Shown one piece after another: positions 51,001-61,869 of a DNA stretch of 64,000 nt (position 1 is the stretch's first letter; each line of letters begins with the position of its first letter). Made by a program: the position numbers and the translations under genes. The stretch comes from Carcharhinus amblyrhynchos (Eukaryota): assembly GCA_965287045.1 (NCBI GenBank), contig OZ336903.1, forward strand, positions 8,618,001-8,682,000, written 5' to 3'. The notes beneath the pieces are model-generated. The model saw nothing but the letters and a program-made list of their open reading frames with translations. It did not search any database and had not been told where the DNA came from.

Positions 51001-54000
51001 CAGATCCATCTCCAAAGTGAGCCTTGCCCGGTGCGGAGATCGCCATCCCACAGACCAGATGCCGACACACAACAGCGGCTTCCCGCAATTCCCAGAGATA
51101 ATCCGGGACAATCCAGTGCTGACCCATGTAGTTAACCTCCACTCTCCCAGCGCATGGACTGCTCCCATTCACCAGTCTCAGTGTATACTCCTCTGTAAAA
51201 TGTCAGAAATAATGTCAGGCGTTACAGTGGGTTAAACCCGCAGTGTCCCAGCGCACGTTCCCATCCCGTTCACCGGACAGCGGAATCAATGAGAATATTG
51301 GACTGTGTCCAGACACAATCCCCACACCCGCTCCAAAAAAAAAGGACCCGGAGTGAATATTAAATCTGGTGAAGAAGGGGATGGGAATGCGAATGATGGT
51401 GACCAGAAGAAAACTATGGGTCAGATTCCAGGAATTTCCAGAGGATTGTGTGTATTTATTAAACAGTTTAAATACACTGTTTATGAAACAATGTATTTAT
51501 TAAACAGTTTTACTATAAAAATATCTCGGCACAGACAGTGGCCCAAGCCGGGAATCAAACCCTGGTCCCTGACGCTGTGAGGCAGCAGTGCTAAAGGCTA
51601 CCCCACCGTCCCGTCCCCAATTAATGAGAATCCAAGGTTATTTTACCTCCGCCTTTTCAGGAAACTGGCGGGAAATGAGAGACTGCAGTAGGATTTTTAC
51701 CTGAGCAGATGACACCGGCAGCTTTGGAGTCTGAATTTGGAGAAGAGTCAATCCAAGTACAATCCCACAAGGAGGACTCATTCCCGCTGCACTCAATACT
51801 CTTTGTTAGAAATGATCCAGAACCTTCTCCAAAGTGAGCCTTGCCCGGTGCGGAGATCGCCGTCCCGCAGGCCAGATACCGACACACAACAGCGGCTTCC
51901 CGCAAGCCCCAAAGATAATCCGGGACAATCCACCGCTGACCTTTGTAGTTAATCTCCACTCTCCCAGCGCATGGACTGCTCCCATTGACCAGTCTCAGCA
52001 TCCTCTCCCCTGCAAAATGTCAGAAATAATGTCAGGCGTTCCAGTGGATTAAACCCGCAGTGTCCCAGCGCACGTTCCCATCCGGTTCAGCGGACAGAGG
52101 AATCAGTGAGAATATTGGACTGTGTCCAGACACAATCCCCACACCCGCTCCAAAAAAAGAACCCGGAGTGACTATTAAACCTCGCAAAGAAGGGGATGGG
52201 AATGCGAATGATGGTGACCAGAAGAAAACTATGGGTCAGATTCCAGGAATTTCCAGAGGATTGTGTGTATTTATTAAACAGTTTACTCGTCTGCTCTGTT
52301 TTACTTTAAAATTTCTCGGCACGAAGTCGCGAATCAAACTCTGATCCCTGGCGCTGTGAGGCCGCAGTACTAAAGGCGACACCGCCGTCCCGTCCCCAGT
52401 TAATAATAATCCATGATTATTTTACCCCCGACTTTTCAGAAAACTGGCGGGAAATGACAGACTGCAGTAGGATTTTTACCTGAGCAGATGACACCGGCAG
52501 CTTTGGAGTCTGAATTTGGAGTATAGTCAATCCAAGTACAATCCCACAAGGAGGACTCAAACCCGCTGCACCCAATACTCTTTGTTAGAATTAGTCCAGA
52601 TCCTTCTCCAAAGTGAGCCTTGCTCGGTGCGGACATCGCCGTCCCGCAGGCCAGATGCCGACACACAACAGCGGCTTCCAGCGCATCCCAAAGATAATCC
52701 GGCACTGTCCCCTGCTGACCCTTGTAGTTAACCTCCACTCTCCCAGCGCATCGACTGCTCCCATTCACCAGTCTCAGCGTCCGCTCCTCTGTAAAATGTC
52801 AGAAATAATGTCAGGCGTTACAGTGGATTAAACCCGCAGTGTCCCACCGCACGTTCCCATCCCGTTCACCGGACAGAGGAATCAGTGAGAATATTGGACT
52901 GTGTCCAGACACAATCCCCACACCCGCTCTAAAAAAAAACCCCGGAGTGAATATTAAACCTGGTAAAGAAGGATAAGGGTATTTGAATGTTCGGTATCTG
53001 AAAACAGGGAAACTGGATTCAGAGTTTAGATCCGACCACCACAGCTGCACCTGTGGGAACAGATTCAGAATATATTTGAATTCACAGCGGTTGGGAGATG
53101 GACGGAGAGAAATGATCACTTGTATGTTGTGCTCAGTACTGACTGGATCAACAACTGTGTGATTCCTGAGGGAAGATCGGGGGAAAATGCTCCTCTATCT
53201 GTCACATCAACATACTTGGAAACACAGAAATTACAAGCAGGAGTAGGCCACTCAGCCCTTCAAGCCTATTCTGCCATTCATTGTGATCATGGCTGTGATC
53301 AAATTCAATATTCTGATCACACCTCGCCCGCCCTCCCAAATCCCTTGATTCCATTCACCGCAAGAGCTGTATCTAATTTCTTCTTGAAATCGCACAACAT
53401 TTTGGCCTCAACAAATTTCCGTGGTCGTGAATTCAACAGACTCACTACTTCCTGGGCGAAGAATTTCTCCTCATCTCAGTCCTAAAAGGCTTACCCTTTA
53501 TCGTCAAACTCTAACCCCGAGTTCTGGACACCCTCACAAACAGAGACATTCTTTCTGTATCCCCCTGTCTAAAATATTCATGTGATCTCGACTTCAATGC
53601 TGATTGATGAGGTGGAAATTGGGAGTCCCTTTGGAACCGGCAGCAGTGTGAGTGAAGCTGATCCTTCACATTCTGCTCTTCAATGAGTCTCATTTTTTTA
53701 TCTATCTCTCTGGAGACAGCAGCAGCCTCTGAGTTGGAATGAAAGAGTGAATGGGGCACAGTCCCCACCATTGATAACCAGACAGCAGACGAATCTATGA
53801 TCAAAAAGGCATTGAGATTGTGACCCAGCCTTTAAATTTAACGGGATGGAGTAATAACAGGGATAGCGAGTGACATAAAGAGCTTTTACCTGGTTGGATA
53901 GTCTGATTGTCCCCAGGTCTGCCTGAAATAAGAAGTTCAGAATTATAATCCACTGAGACAGGAAATGAAAGAAAAATCCAAATGTAACAAATGTGGTACC

Positions 54001-57000
54001 CAATACTTTTCAGAAGAAACTATATCGGGATCTATGATGGCATCAGCTTCGCATTCCCCATATTAAGAAAGCACAAATACAATTTCTCCGGCAATCCAAC
54101 ATTGACAATGTGCCAAAATGTAACCAAATTGCTGTCACACATACACAATGACACCTGAGTACTTTCTGTCCTTGTGGGCGATGTTATGTTTCTTTTGTAA
54201 TCTTCCAGTGATCGGCCCTGTGTTACCATCTCAGTCTGCCCAATAACATTGAAAAATAAGTACATTTTAAACGCGGTGCAGTGTCCACGGCAATCTCACT
54301 AACTACTCTAATAAAACAGATAAGTGGATATGGGTTTCAGGTAAGGAGGTGGATTTGAGAGCAGGGGAAGATCAGCAATCATTCACCGAAATTTTTCTAC
54401 CTCAGATTCGAAGTGCGTGTTGGAAATGTCTGTTACCCTCGGCTGAAAGGTTCGGGTCTCGCTCGGGCGAAGATATAAAATCCAGCCTATTAATTCCTAC
54501 TGTCAGGTCGCTCTTGTAACCTATCCTCCTCTGAACTGTCCTATTCTTCAACATGCTAATGATGTTTGATCATCATTCTTTAATGATGTTTGATCATCAT
54601 TCTTTAATGATTGCAGTTTGTTGCAATTTCAAAATGCTGGTAGTATGTTGCAAAGGAACATTGGACTTAACAGCAGGAGTAAACCATTCAGCCTGTCGAA
54701 TTTACTCCGCCATTCAGTAAGTCCATGGCTGTTACGATTGCAGTTTCAACTCCATTTTGTTGTCTGCAACCCCCTCCGTCCACAATCCTTCACTGCCTTG
54801 CCCATTCGAAATCTTCCTAAACAGAGCCTCCGCTGTATTCTGGGTGAGAATTCTGTCGAGTTTCGACCCTCTGAGAGGAGAAGTATTCGCTTCATTTCCG
54901 CCTCAACAGGCAGACTTATTATTCTTAAACCGCATCCCCTTGTTAGAATCGAAGTGGAATATCTTCCCGTTATCTAATCTATCCAAGCCTCTCAAGATCA
55001 TCTTACTCTTCTAAATCCAAATGGATACAGGTCTAAAATATCCAAGCTTCCTTCATTCGATAAGCCCCTCATCCCAGGAATGAGTGAACATTCTCCGAAC
55101 TGTTATATATTTTGCAAAGAAAGCCAACATTCTGCACATGAATCCAGATGTGGCCTCGTTCTTTCAGAATAAGCACTCCATAAACTTATGGTCCAGACTA
55201 CATTTGATGATATGATTCGCCAAAGGGACGTGTAGATTTCACTCACTCATGATTATTGCAGCACTTTCTTTTTCGAGTCTAATTGATTTTTATGTGCATC
55301 CTTTGCTACCCACTGTTCAAAGTCCTCTGTACCATTCCCACGTCTGATATTTAACCGTTACCATTTATCATCTCCATTCAAACGGTTCGACATCTGCTCT
55401 CTGGTTACTGTAGCAATGATGTCCTTTATTAACAGAGTGATTTCATTCCATTTTCCTCGCTTCCTATCACTTGAAAATGTCAAGTCCTTTTCAATATATA
55501 GGTCTTGGCCTCGGCCTCCTTGTACTGACTGTCAGGTCAGGTATGGTTATTTCTATCTATGCGTCCATCCGGGAATTCAATCCCAGTCCCCAGAACATCA
55601 GTGAAGTCTCTGAATTAATAGTCCAGTGAGAATACAAGTTGGTCAATGCCTCCAGACTTGCATGTCCTCACTTAGAGGCAGAATGGTTCTAGAATAGTGC
55701 ATCGGAAAATGCAAGTCCATTCAGAAGACTCAAAACTACTATTTTAACAGATATAATTTCTAAGATACAGCAAAATCTGACAAACAGAAAATTGTGCAAA
55801 ATTACTGAATAAATTCAAATGACTTAATCAGTTGTGATGGTGACCAGAAGAAAACTGTAGGTCAGATTCCATGAGCTCCACAGGATTCTGTTTTTCTGAA
55901 AAATCACCACCAATGACTCCACAAGTTCTTCAGCTATCAATTTTTAAACCCTGGGATTTAGTCCATCCGGTCCAGGTGACATACCCAACTACAGTTCTTT
56001 CAGTTTCCACAGAACCTTCTCTTTAACGATGGCCACTACGCTCATCTGTGCCCCCTGATTCACCTGGAACTCTGGCATCCCACCAGTGTCTTCCACCATG
56101 AAGCCTGATGCAAAGTTCCTCTACTATTTCTTTGTTTCCTATTATTATTTCTCCAGCCTCATTTTCCAGTGGCCCAATGTTTATTTTTGCCTCTTACTTT
56201 ATATATATATAAAAATACTCTTCCCACCTTCTTTTATATTACCACCTGGCTTACGCTCATTTTTCATCGTTATTGCTTATTTAGTTGGCCTCTGCTCACT
56301 TTTAAATACTTCCAAAACCTCTGACTTCCCACTAATCCTTGTCTCATTGCATCCATTTTTTGCATTTATGCTGTCCTTGCCTTCACTCGTCAGCCATGGA
56401 TGCCTCGTCATCCCCTTATCAGGTTTCCTCCTCCTTGGGATAAATTTCTGCTGTGCTTCCAAAGTTATCCACTTTGGAAGGAATAATGGTAAAATGGACT
56501 ATGATATAAAAGGTGAAAAAATTAGAACATTCTACTGTGCAGAGACACCTAGGGGCCCTTGTGCATGAATCACAAAAACTCAGTTTGCAGGTGCAGCATG
56601 TCATCAAGAAGGCAAATGGAATGTTAGCCTTTATCGCCAGAGGGATGGAGAATAAAAGCCGGAAGTCTTGCTGCAATAGTACAAGGTCCTGGTGAGTACT
56701 GTGTACAATTTTGGTCCCCTGGTTTAAGAAAGGATATATTAGCTTTGGAGGGGGTACAGAGAAGGTTCACCAGGTTGATTCTGGAGATGAGGGGGTTAGC
56801 TTATGAGAAGAGATTGAATAGACTGGGCCTGTACTCATTGGAGTTTAGAAGGTTGAGGGGAGATCTCATAGAGACATATATGATAATGAAGGGGCGAGAC
56901 AGGGTAGAAGCAGCAAGGTTATTCCACTTAGAATGGAAACAAGAACTTGGGGGTATAGCCTCAAAATACGGGGGAGTCAATTAAGAACAGAGTTAAGGAG

Positions 57001-60000
57001 GAACTTCTTCTCCCAGAGGGTAGTGAATCTTTGGAATTCTCTGCCCAATGAAGCAGTAGAGGCTGCTTCATTAAATGTGTTTGAGTCACAGATAGATAGA
57101 GATTGAACCAACGAGGGAATTAAGGGTTATGGGGAGCAGGTGGGGAAGTGATATTGAACCCACTACCAGATCAGTCATGATCTTATTGTATGGCTGTCAC
57201 AAACAAGCCATCTCTTAGCGATTCCACAAATTCCTTTTCTTGGGATCCACTGCCTACCTGATTCTTCCAATCCACCTGGATATTGAACTCCCCATGATTT
57301 TTGTAACATTGCCTATTTTATTTGCCTTTTCTATCTCCTGACTGAATTGTTGCCCACATCGACCATTGCTCGGAAGCCTGGACATAACTCCCATCTGGGT
57401 CTTTTTACCTTTGCTCTTCCTCTAACGCTACCACAGAGATTCTATGACTTCTGATCCGATATCACCTCTTGCAATTGGTTTAACTTCATTCCTTACTGAC
57501 AATGCAGTCCCACCCCCTTTGCACGTCAACCTGTCCCTTCGATAGCAGACATATCCTCGTACATTTAGATCCCAGCTTGATCCCCTTGACACCACGTCTC
57601 TGATGCCCACAACACCCACCGGCCAATTTCAATGTGCGCAACAACTCATTTTCCTCGTTATGTCTCCCGCACGCATTTAGATTCAAGACTCTCAGTTCTG
57701 CGTGACCAACTCCCTTCTCAGAGTTGTCACCTTTTTCGCTCTGCCTGAGGTTATATATTTGCAAACTTGTATATTCTCTGTTCTATTACATAGTTTGGAA
57801 AGGCTATTTTAAGTGGGTGATGAATGGACCTATCTTATATTAAGTTAACCTTTCTCTCCACCGTAAAGGCTGCAACAGTCTATCCTGCACCGTCTCCTTT
57901 CCTTCTTCCCAATGTACGCTATGAATGGTATGTTCTGCCTGTGTAGAGTGGGCAAGAAACAATATTTTTCACTGTGTGCTAATACATATGCCAATATTAA
58001 AGTAAATCAAATCAAGTAAATATTGCTATCAGTAACTTTCCAAATTTCGACATCCCTGTGCTTATGTTCTTGTGCTTGTGCCTGAATAAACGTTAACATG
58101 GTTAGAAAATAGCCAAACGCATAACTAAGATTTACAGGGTCCTTGCAAATTGTTCTGATTATTATCTGTCAAAGGTAAGTACGCAAACAGATTTGTTAAC
58201 AAAGTGACCAGAACACGGAACATGTGAACGAAGCTGAAAGAACATAAATTGGATGAGGAATAGACCTGAGGGCCCGTCAAGCTCTGGTTCACTAATGTAC
58301 CTGCCTATTCACTGTTGCAAATCTTCATTGCAGCCCTCCCTCTCCCAAGAGATGGCAAACAAATTTTCGATCTTAAGAGACCAAACGAGCGAACTATCTA
58401 AAGACACTGTGCATGGCATCCAAAGTTAATTTGACGTGAAAGGATAGACACATAACAGCAAATCCATATCAGATCAATGGATTTTTGGATCGTGTCATTG
58501 ATATCAACTTCATGAATAATTCGAATGTATGAAGCAATATTTTCCCCTGTTTAATACAATACAATACTTGTCGCCATTTTCCAAGCTTTGCAAACTCTGT
58601 AGACTCTGACAGTGCCTTCTCTGTCTCTCACTAAACTAACACTGAGAAATTCCGGGGAAAGAATTCTCAATGCAGGTTGAGTCGGCAGTCGGTGCAGCTT
58701 CTCCATCGTTCAGTAATGTCGGTGCTGATCGATAATCCCTGATATTTCTGGCTCTGATACATTATATTTCAACGCTGACCACACCTTGCAACTGGCTTTA
58801 AGCCGCCAGTTGAGATTTTAACTCCAGCCTCTTGCGCTTTTGCGGAGCTTTTGGAGACAAAGAAGAGAAACGGCTTTGGGATTTCTTTGGGAATCTTAAC
58901 ATGACGCAAATTTCACGTGCAAATTCAATTACCTCTACTATCATGCACATTTTTACTGACCGTGACAAAAATGAAGAACAGTTGCCTTTTTTTTAATTCG
59001 GTGGAACTTAAATATAAAATAGCGTCCAACATGTATTGAGTGATAAACCCATCTGAGATTAACTACGAGTTTTTGATTCGTTAGGAGTGATCTTCAAAAT
59101 GATCATCTATATTATTGGTGAATATATTCTATTTCATCTTCTACTTGCGTTGTGTTAAATTAAACTTTCTCATTCATCTTGTATCAGAGCCTGCCGTGAT
59201 GGTTAACCCCCGCGAGTGTACTACAGCATTACAAGCAGTCGACTGAACTCAAGGAGGCCTTTCTATTGCAATATTCAGCAATATAGGTGCAATGTCAAAC
59301 CGAGGGAGATTCCGTCTGGCACTCCATGATAATGTACTTTAATAAACCACATATGTCGGACTGGTGTTCCACGCTCGGTGAGTTAATTTGCATCCAGAGT
59401 ACAATGCACTCTGATCTTCCAAAAACCAGGTACTACCTCTCGAATGCTCGCTTCAAATAATCAGGGAGAATTTCATTTCTGGGCTGTGTTTCTGCACATA
59501 GCGACAGCGGACAGAATAACTGCACAAAGTGTGAGGAAGCAGCAGCAGAACACTCCTGGCACCAGCATATTTCACAATATAAAACTCATCAAACGTAACC
59601 AAACACACTGGTTCAATGTGCACATGTTGGAAAGAGGACCTGAATCGAATAAGCAGTGAGCAACTGAAAAAGACATATGCAGACGGTGGAAATTTAATAA
59701 GAACATGTTTCCGTGTAATTAAACACAGAATTTGATAATGTACAAATATAAATGTGGAAAATATGAACGATTGAGGAAGTTCAAATTCACACAAGGCACA
59801 GCATGTATCAATAAATGAGAAAGAATATATTAAACAACGTTAAAGGTCATCAAAGCGAGTCCAGATGACAAGGAGTCATCTAGACTCGAAACGTCAGCTC
59901 TTTTCTCTCCTCACAGATGCTGCCAGGCCTGCTGAGATTTTCCAGCATTTTCTCTTCTGGTTTCAGATTCCACCATCCACAGTAATTTGTTTTGATATGA

Positions 60001-61869
60001 ATATTAAATAGGCACCTGAATAAAAAGTTGCATCACGAGCTAAGCTACAATCTTGCTACCTCTCCAGGCTGTTCCAATTACGCAAATAAATTGATTGGAT
60101 TAAATGTACCACATGGTGTTCAGACAACGCTTGTGCTGAGAAATATATATGATAGAATCATTTGTGTAAGATCAGTCGATAGTCCGTACTGGTATTCTAC
60201 ACTGACTTACACCCAGACTGAAATGCATTCTTATCTCCCGAAAACTGGACGCTACCTCTCGAATGCTCGCTTCAAATAATCAGTGAGAATTTCATTTCGA
60301 GACTGTGTTTCTGCGCGTAGCGACAGCGGACAAAATACAGCAAACTGCTGTGCCACTTGTATTTGCTTTCGCTTTTAAATCAAAGTTTGTCACAGCTCTT
60401 AACCGTCAATATAAATATATATTACAGTTAAACGTGAAATATTAGAAACTCAAAAGATTCTCCGAAGCATGTTACTTGTCAGCTCAAGCTCAAAGTTTCC
60501 CTGTTGGTCAAAAGGTCCTGTGTTCGAGTGCCCTTTCAAAGACTTGAGCTTAAAGTCTGCCTGTAAACCTACTTCGGACGTACCACACGGTCGGAGATGT
60601 TCTCCACTGAATGGGCTCCTTATTGCCCTCCTAGGTGCAATATTTCGAAGAAGTGCTGGGGTGCTTTCCCTCGCCAATATTAACCTGTCAACCAACATCA
60701 CAAACAAACGAATCGGGTTATTACCACGTTCTTGGTGGTTGCAACTTGCTGCAGCTAGATCGGCACAGCGAATAAGCACTGCTGCTTCATAGCACCAGGG
60801 AATCTGGTTCGGCTTTGGGTCATTGTGTGTGTATCTTCTCCCCTATCTGCACCGGTTTGCTCCTATTGCCCCGGCTGCCTTCCGCAGTCCGAAAGACGAG
60901 CTGGCAAAGTGCATTCGGCATGATTAAATCGTCCTCAGTGTACACGAACAAGTGCCAGAGTTTGGCGACTCGGGCATTTTCACAGCGACCTCATTGCAAT
61001 GTTAATGTAAGCCGACTTGTGACACTAATAAATAAATTAAACTAATGCAATTGTCTTGTCCCCTGCTGTGCTCAAGTATATACGGCTACTTGAATGTATT
61101 TGACGCGTCTATTTGACAGTCAAGTTCTTTGGCATATCCTGAAATCGAAAAGGAGATATTAATGACAGCATTCTTTTTCAGAAAAGGAAGCTATTTCCCC
61201 AGTTGTGGACGATAGAATTTAAATTTGAACCGATCAATCACAAGATGTATCAGACGAGGTTCTGCAAATTAACTAAACTATTTCAATACCCAATTCGCTC
61301 GATCGCAATAAACGACAGGTTTGTATAAAGTAGATGGGTTTCCGTAAAATGGCCGCAGGCCCGATAATCTAAATGACTGTACTCTCTTAATCCCAGACGC
61401 AGTATCAATACACCAGTTAGATATTTAACTCCAGTCTACGCTCTATACCAAAGTCGAGCGACAGCAACAATTTTAGAGATCTCATTAAATGACCCACAAC
61501 AAAATGAAAACCGAAGAAAGCATTATTATTTACATTTCACGTCAGCTCGTTACGTTCCGTTGGTGAAGGCAGATATTGTATGAATGCACATATTTCAGTA
61601 ATGATTAATGAATCAATAATACACACATTTCAGTCGTGGTCAACCTATCAACAATGCACACATTTCAGTAATGGTTAATCTATCAATAATGCACGCATTT
61701 CAGTCATGGTCAATGTATCAATAATGCACACGGTTCAGTAATAATCAACGTATCAATAGTGCACACATATTCCGGAATGGTCAATGATCATTAGAGAAGT
61801 GATTACTTTCAATAACTTACAGTTCAAAAGCTGCAATAGAATTAAGGCCAGGTAAGACGACAACATCAT
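28605..61869 (-). CDS. Complete 17-exon gene (copy B): CD163/WC1/SCART-like group-B SRCR type I membrane receptor, predicted 1155 aa (signal peptide, 9 SRCR, stalk, TM, Tyr-motif tail)
   Basis: Hand-assembled exons: 61869-61821, 53922-53890, 52788-52480, 52009-51701, 51192-50884, 48980-48723, 47209-46895, 43666-43352, 41819-41514, 40733-40416, 40188-39874, 39754-39713, 39515-39411, 37412-37314, 33464-33360, 32640-32509, 28753-28605. All introns GT-AG and phase 1; total 3468 nt = 1156 codons with no internal stop seen. One SRCR per exon is the group-B hallmark. Confidence 0.85.
30025..31010 (-). mobile_element. CR1-clade LINE 3' fragment
   Basis: [14 protein letters not shown]...[11 protein letters not shown]...[15 protein letters not shown]. 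Confidence 0.85.
31870..32310 (+). mobile_element. Rex1/Babar-like LINE 3' end; related tails at ~1240-1410, 12530-12730, 22660-23030 (-) and 38150-38200 (-)
   Basis: Decayed translation [30 protein letters not shown] followed by an aaatcaaat-type tail. Confidence 0.6.
32509..32640 (-). CDS. Copy B cytoplasmic exon 3 (GDYDYVE motif)
   Basis: 132 nt; tatttcctcgcag acceptor, G|GTGAGT donor; acidic Tyr motif resembling WC1 YDDV. Confidence 0.8.
33360..33464 (-). CDS. Copy B cytoplasmic exon 2 (MEYYT)
   Basis: 105 nt; tttttgtcttcaacag acceptor, GTGGGT donor; [35 protein letters not shown]. Confidence 0.7.
33747..34033 (+). mobile_element. tRNA-derived SINE
   Basis: ggtggcacagt...gggtttgattcc head; gtaagcctacttgtga...aataaa tail. 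Confidence 0.8.
37314..37412 (-). CDS. Copy B cytoplasmic exon 1 (GIYAEIE motif)
   Basis: 99 nt; ctccctttaacag acceptor; [33 protein letters not shown]. Confidence 0.8.
38337..39360 (+). mobile_element. 5'-truncated CR1 LINE (RT C-terminal half + 3'UTR), antisense in the intron after the TM exon
   Basis: PQGSVLGP...FADDTK...KANGMLAFI...[17 protein letters not shown]; (ttcttatg)n tail; in-frame stops present. Confidence 0.92.
39411..39515 (-). CDS. Copy B transmembrane exon [35 protein letters not shown]
   Basis: 105 nt; long hydrophobic run followed by basic stop-transfer RKFKRK; AAG|GTGAGC donor. Confidence 0.88.
39713..39754 (-). CDS. Copy B Ser/Thr-rich stalk exon [14 protein letters not shown]
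   Basis: 42 nt; atatcccacag acceptor, CAG|GTACTT donor; phase 1-1; lies between SRCR9 and the TM exon. Confidence 0.7.
39874..40188 (-). CDS. Copy B SRCR9 exon (8 Cys, membrane-proximal)
   Basis: 315 nt; [34 protein letters not shown]...[12 protein letters not shown]. Confidence 0.92.
40416..40733 (-). CDS. Copy B SRCR8 exon (8 Cys)
   Basis: 318 nt; [30 protein letters not shown]...[12 protein letters not shown]. Confidence 0.92.
41514..41819 (-). CDS. Copy B SRCR7 exon (8 Cys, canonical)
   Basis: 306 nt; [35 protein letters not shown]...[12 protein letters not shown]. Confidence 0.92.
43005..43228 (+). mobile_element. 5'-truncated SINE of the same family
   Basis: ccggggttcaattcccggcttgggtc...cttgtgactaataa. 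Confidence 0.75.
43352..43666 (-). CDS. Copy B SRCR6 exon (6 Cys; C2 and C7 absent)
   Basis: 315 nt; [36 protein letters not shown]...VGVVCS. Confidence 0.9.
43751..44939. mobile_element. GC-rich non-autonomous element with short imperfect terminal inverted repeats, carrying a CR1 3'-end insertion (~44392-44548)
   Basis: Starts gggcgatttcc and ends ggaaaatacgccc (reverse complement gggcgtattttcc); no transposase ORF seen. Confidence 0.5.
45990..46830 (-). mobile_element. Degenerate CR1 RT fragment (counterpart at 1-440)
   Basis: [35 protein letters not shown]. Confidence 0.8.
46895..47209 (-). CDS. Copy B SRCR5 exon (8 Cys)
   Basis: 315 nt; [20 protein letters not shown]...NAVSVICS; GTGAGT donor. 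Confidence 0.9.
48723..48980 (-). CDS. Copy B SRCR4 exon, shortened domain lacking the C5-C6 loop
   Basis: 258 nt; [30 protein letters not shown]...[25 protein letters not shown]. Confidence 0.88.
50884..51192 (-). CDS. Copy B SRCR3 exon (6 Cys)
   Basis: 309 nt; [29 protein letters not shown]...; canonical splice sites. Confidence 0.9.
51701..52009 (-). CDS. Copy B SRCR2 exon (6 Cys)
   Basis: 309 nt; [29 protein letters not shown]...; canonical splice sites. Confidence 0.9.
52480..52788 (-). CDS. Copy B SRCR1 exon (6 Cys; C2 and C7 absent)
   Basis: 309 nt; [20 protein letters not shown]...AAGVICS; cattttacag acceptor, GTAAAA donor. Confidence 0.9.
53890..53922 (-). CDS. Copy B exon 2, 33-nt mini-exon (C)[10 protein letters not shown]
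   Basis: acttcttatttcag acceptor and CAG|GTAAAA donor; in frame; identical in copy A. Confidence 0.7.
61584..61790. repeat. Minisatellite, ~6 x 35 bp (copy B)
   Basis: Same unit and same position relative to exon 1. Confidence 0.9.
61821..61869 (-). CDS. Copy B exon 1, signal peptide [16 protein letters not shown]
   Basis: ATG, hydrophobic leader, perfect GTAAGT donor; 49 nt (phase 1); conserved in copy A. Confidence 0.75.

Larger units (their letters stand above)
50609..52975. repeat. Three tandem ~780-820-bp SRCR exon+intron units, copy B
   Basis: Exon spacing is 817 and 779 bp with repeated intron sequence. Confidence 0.95.
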
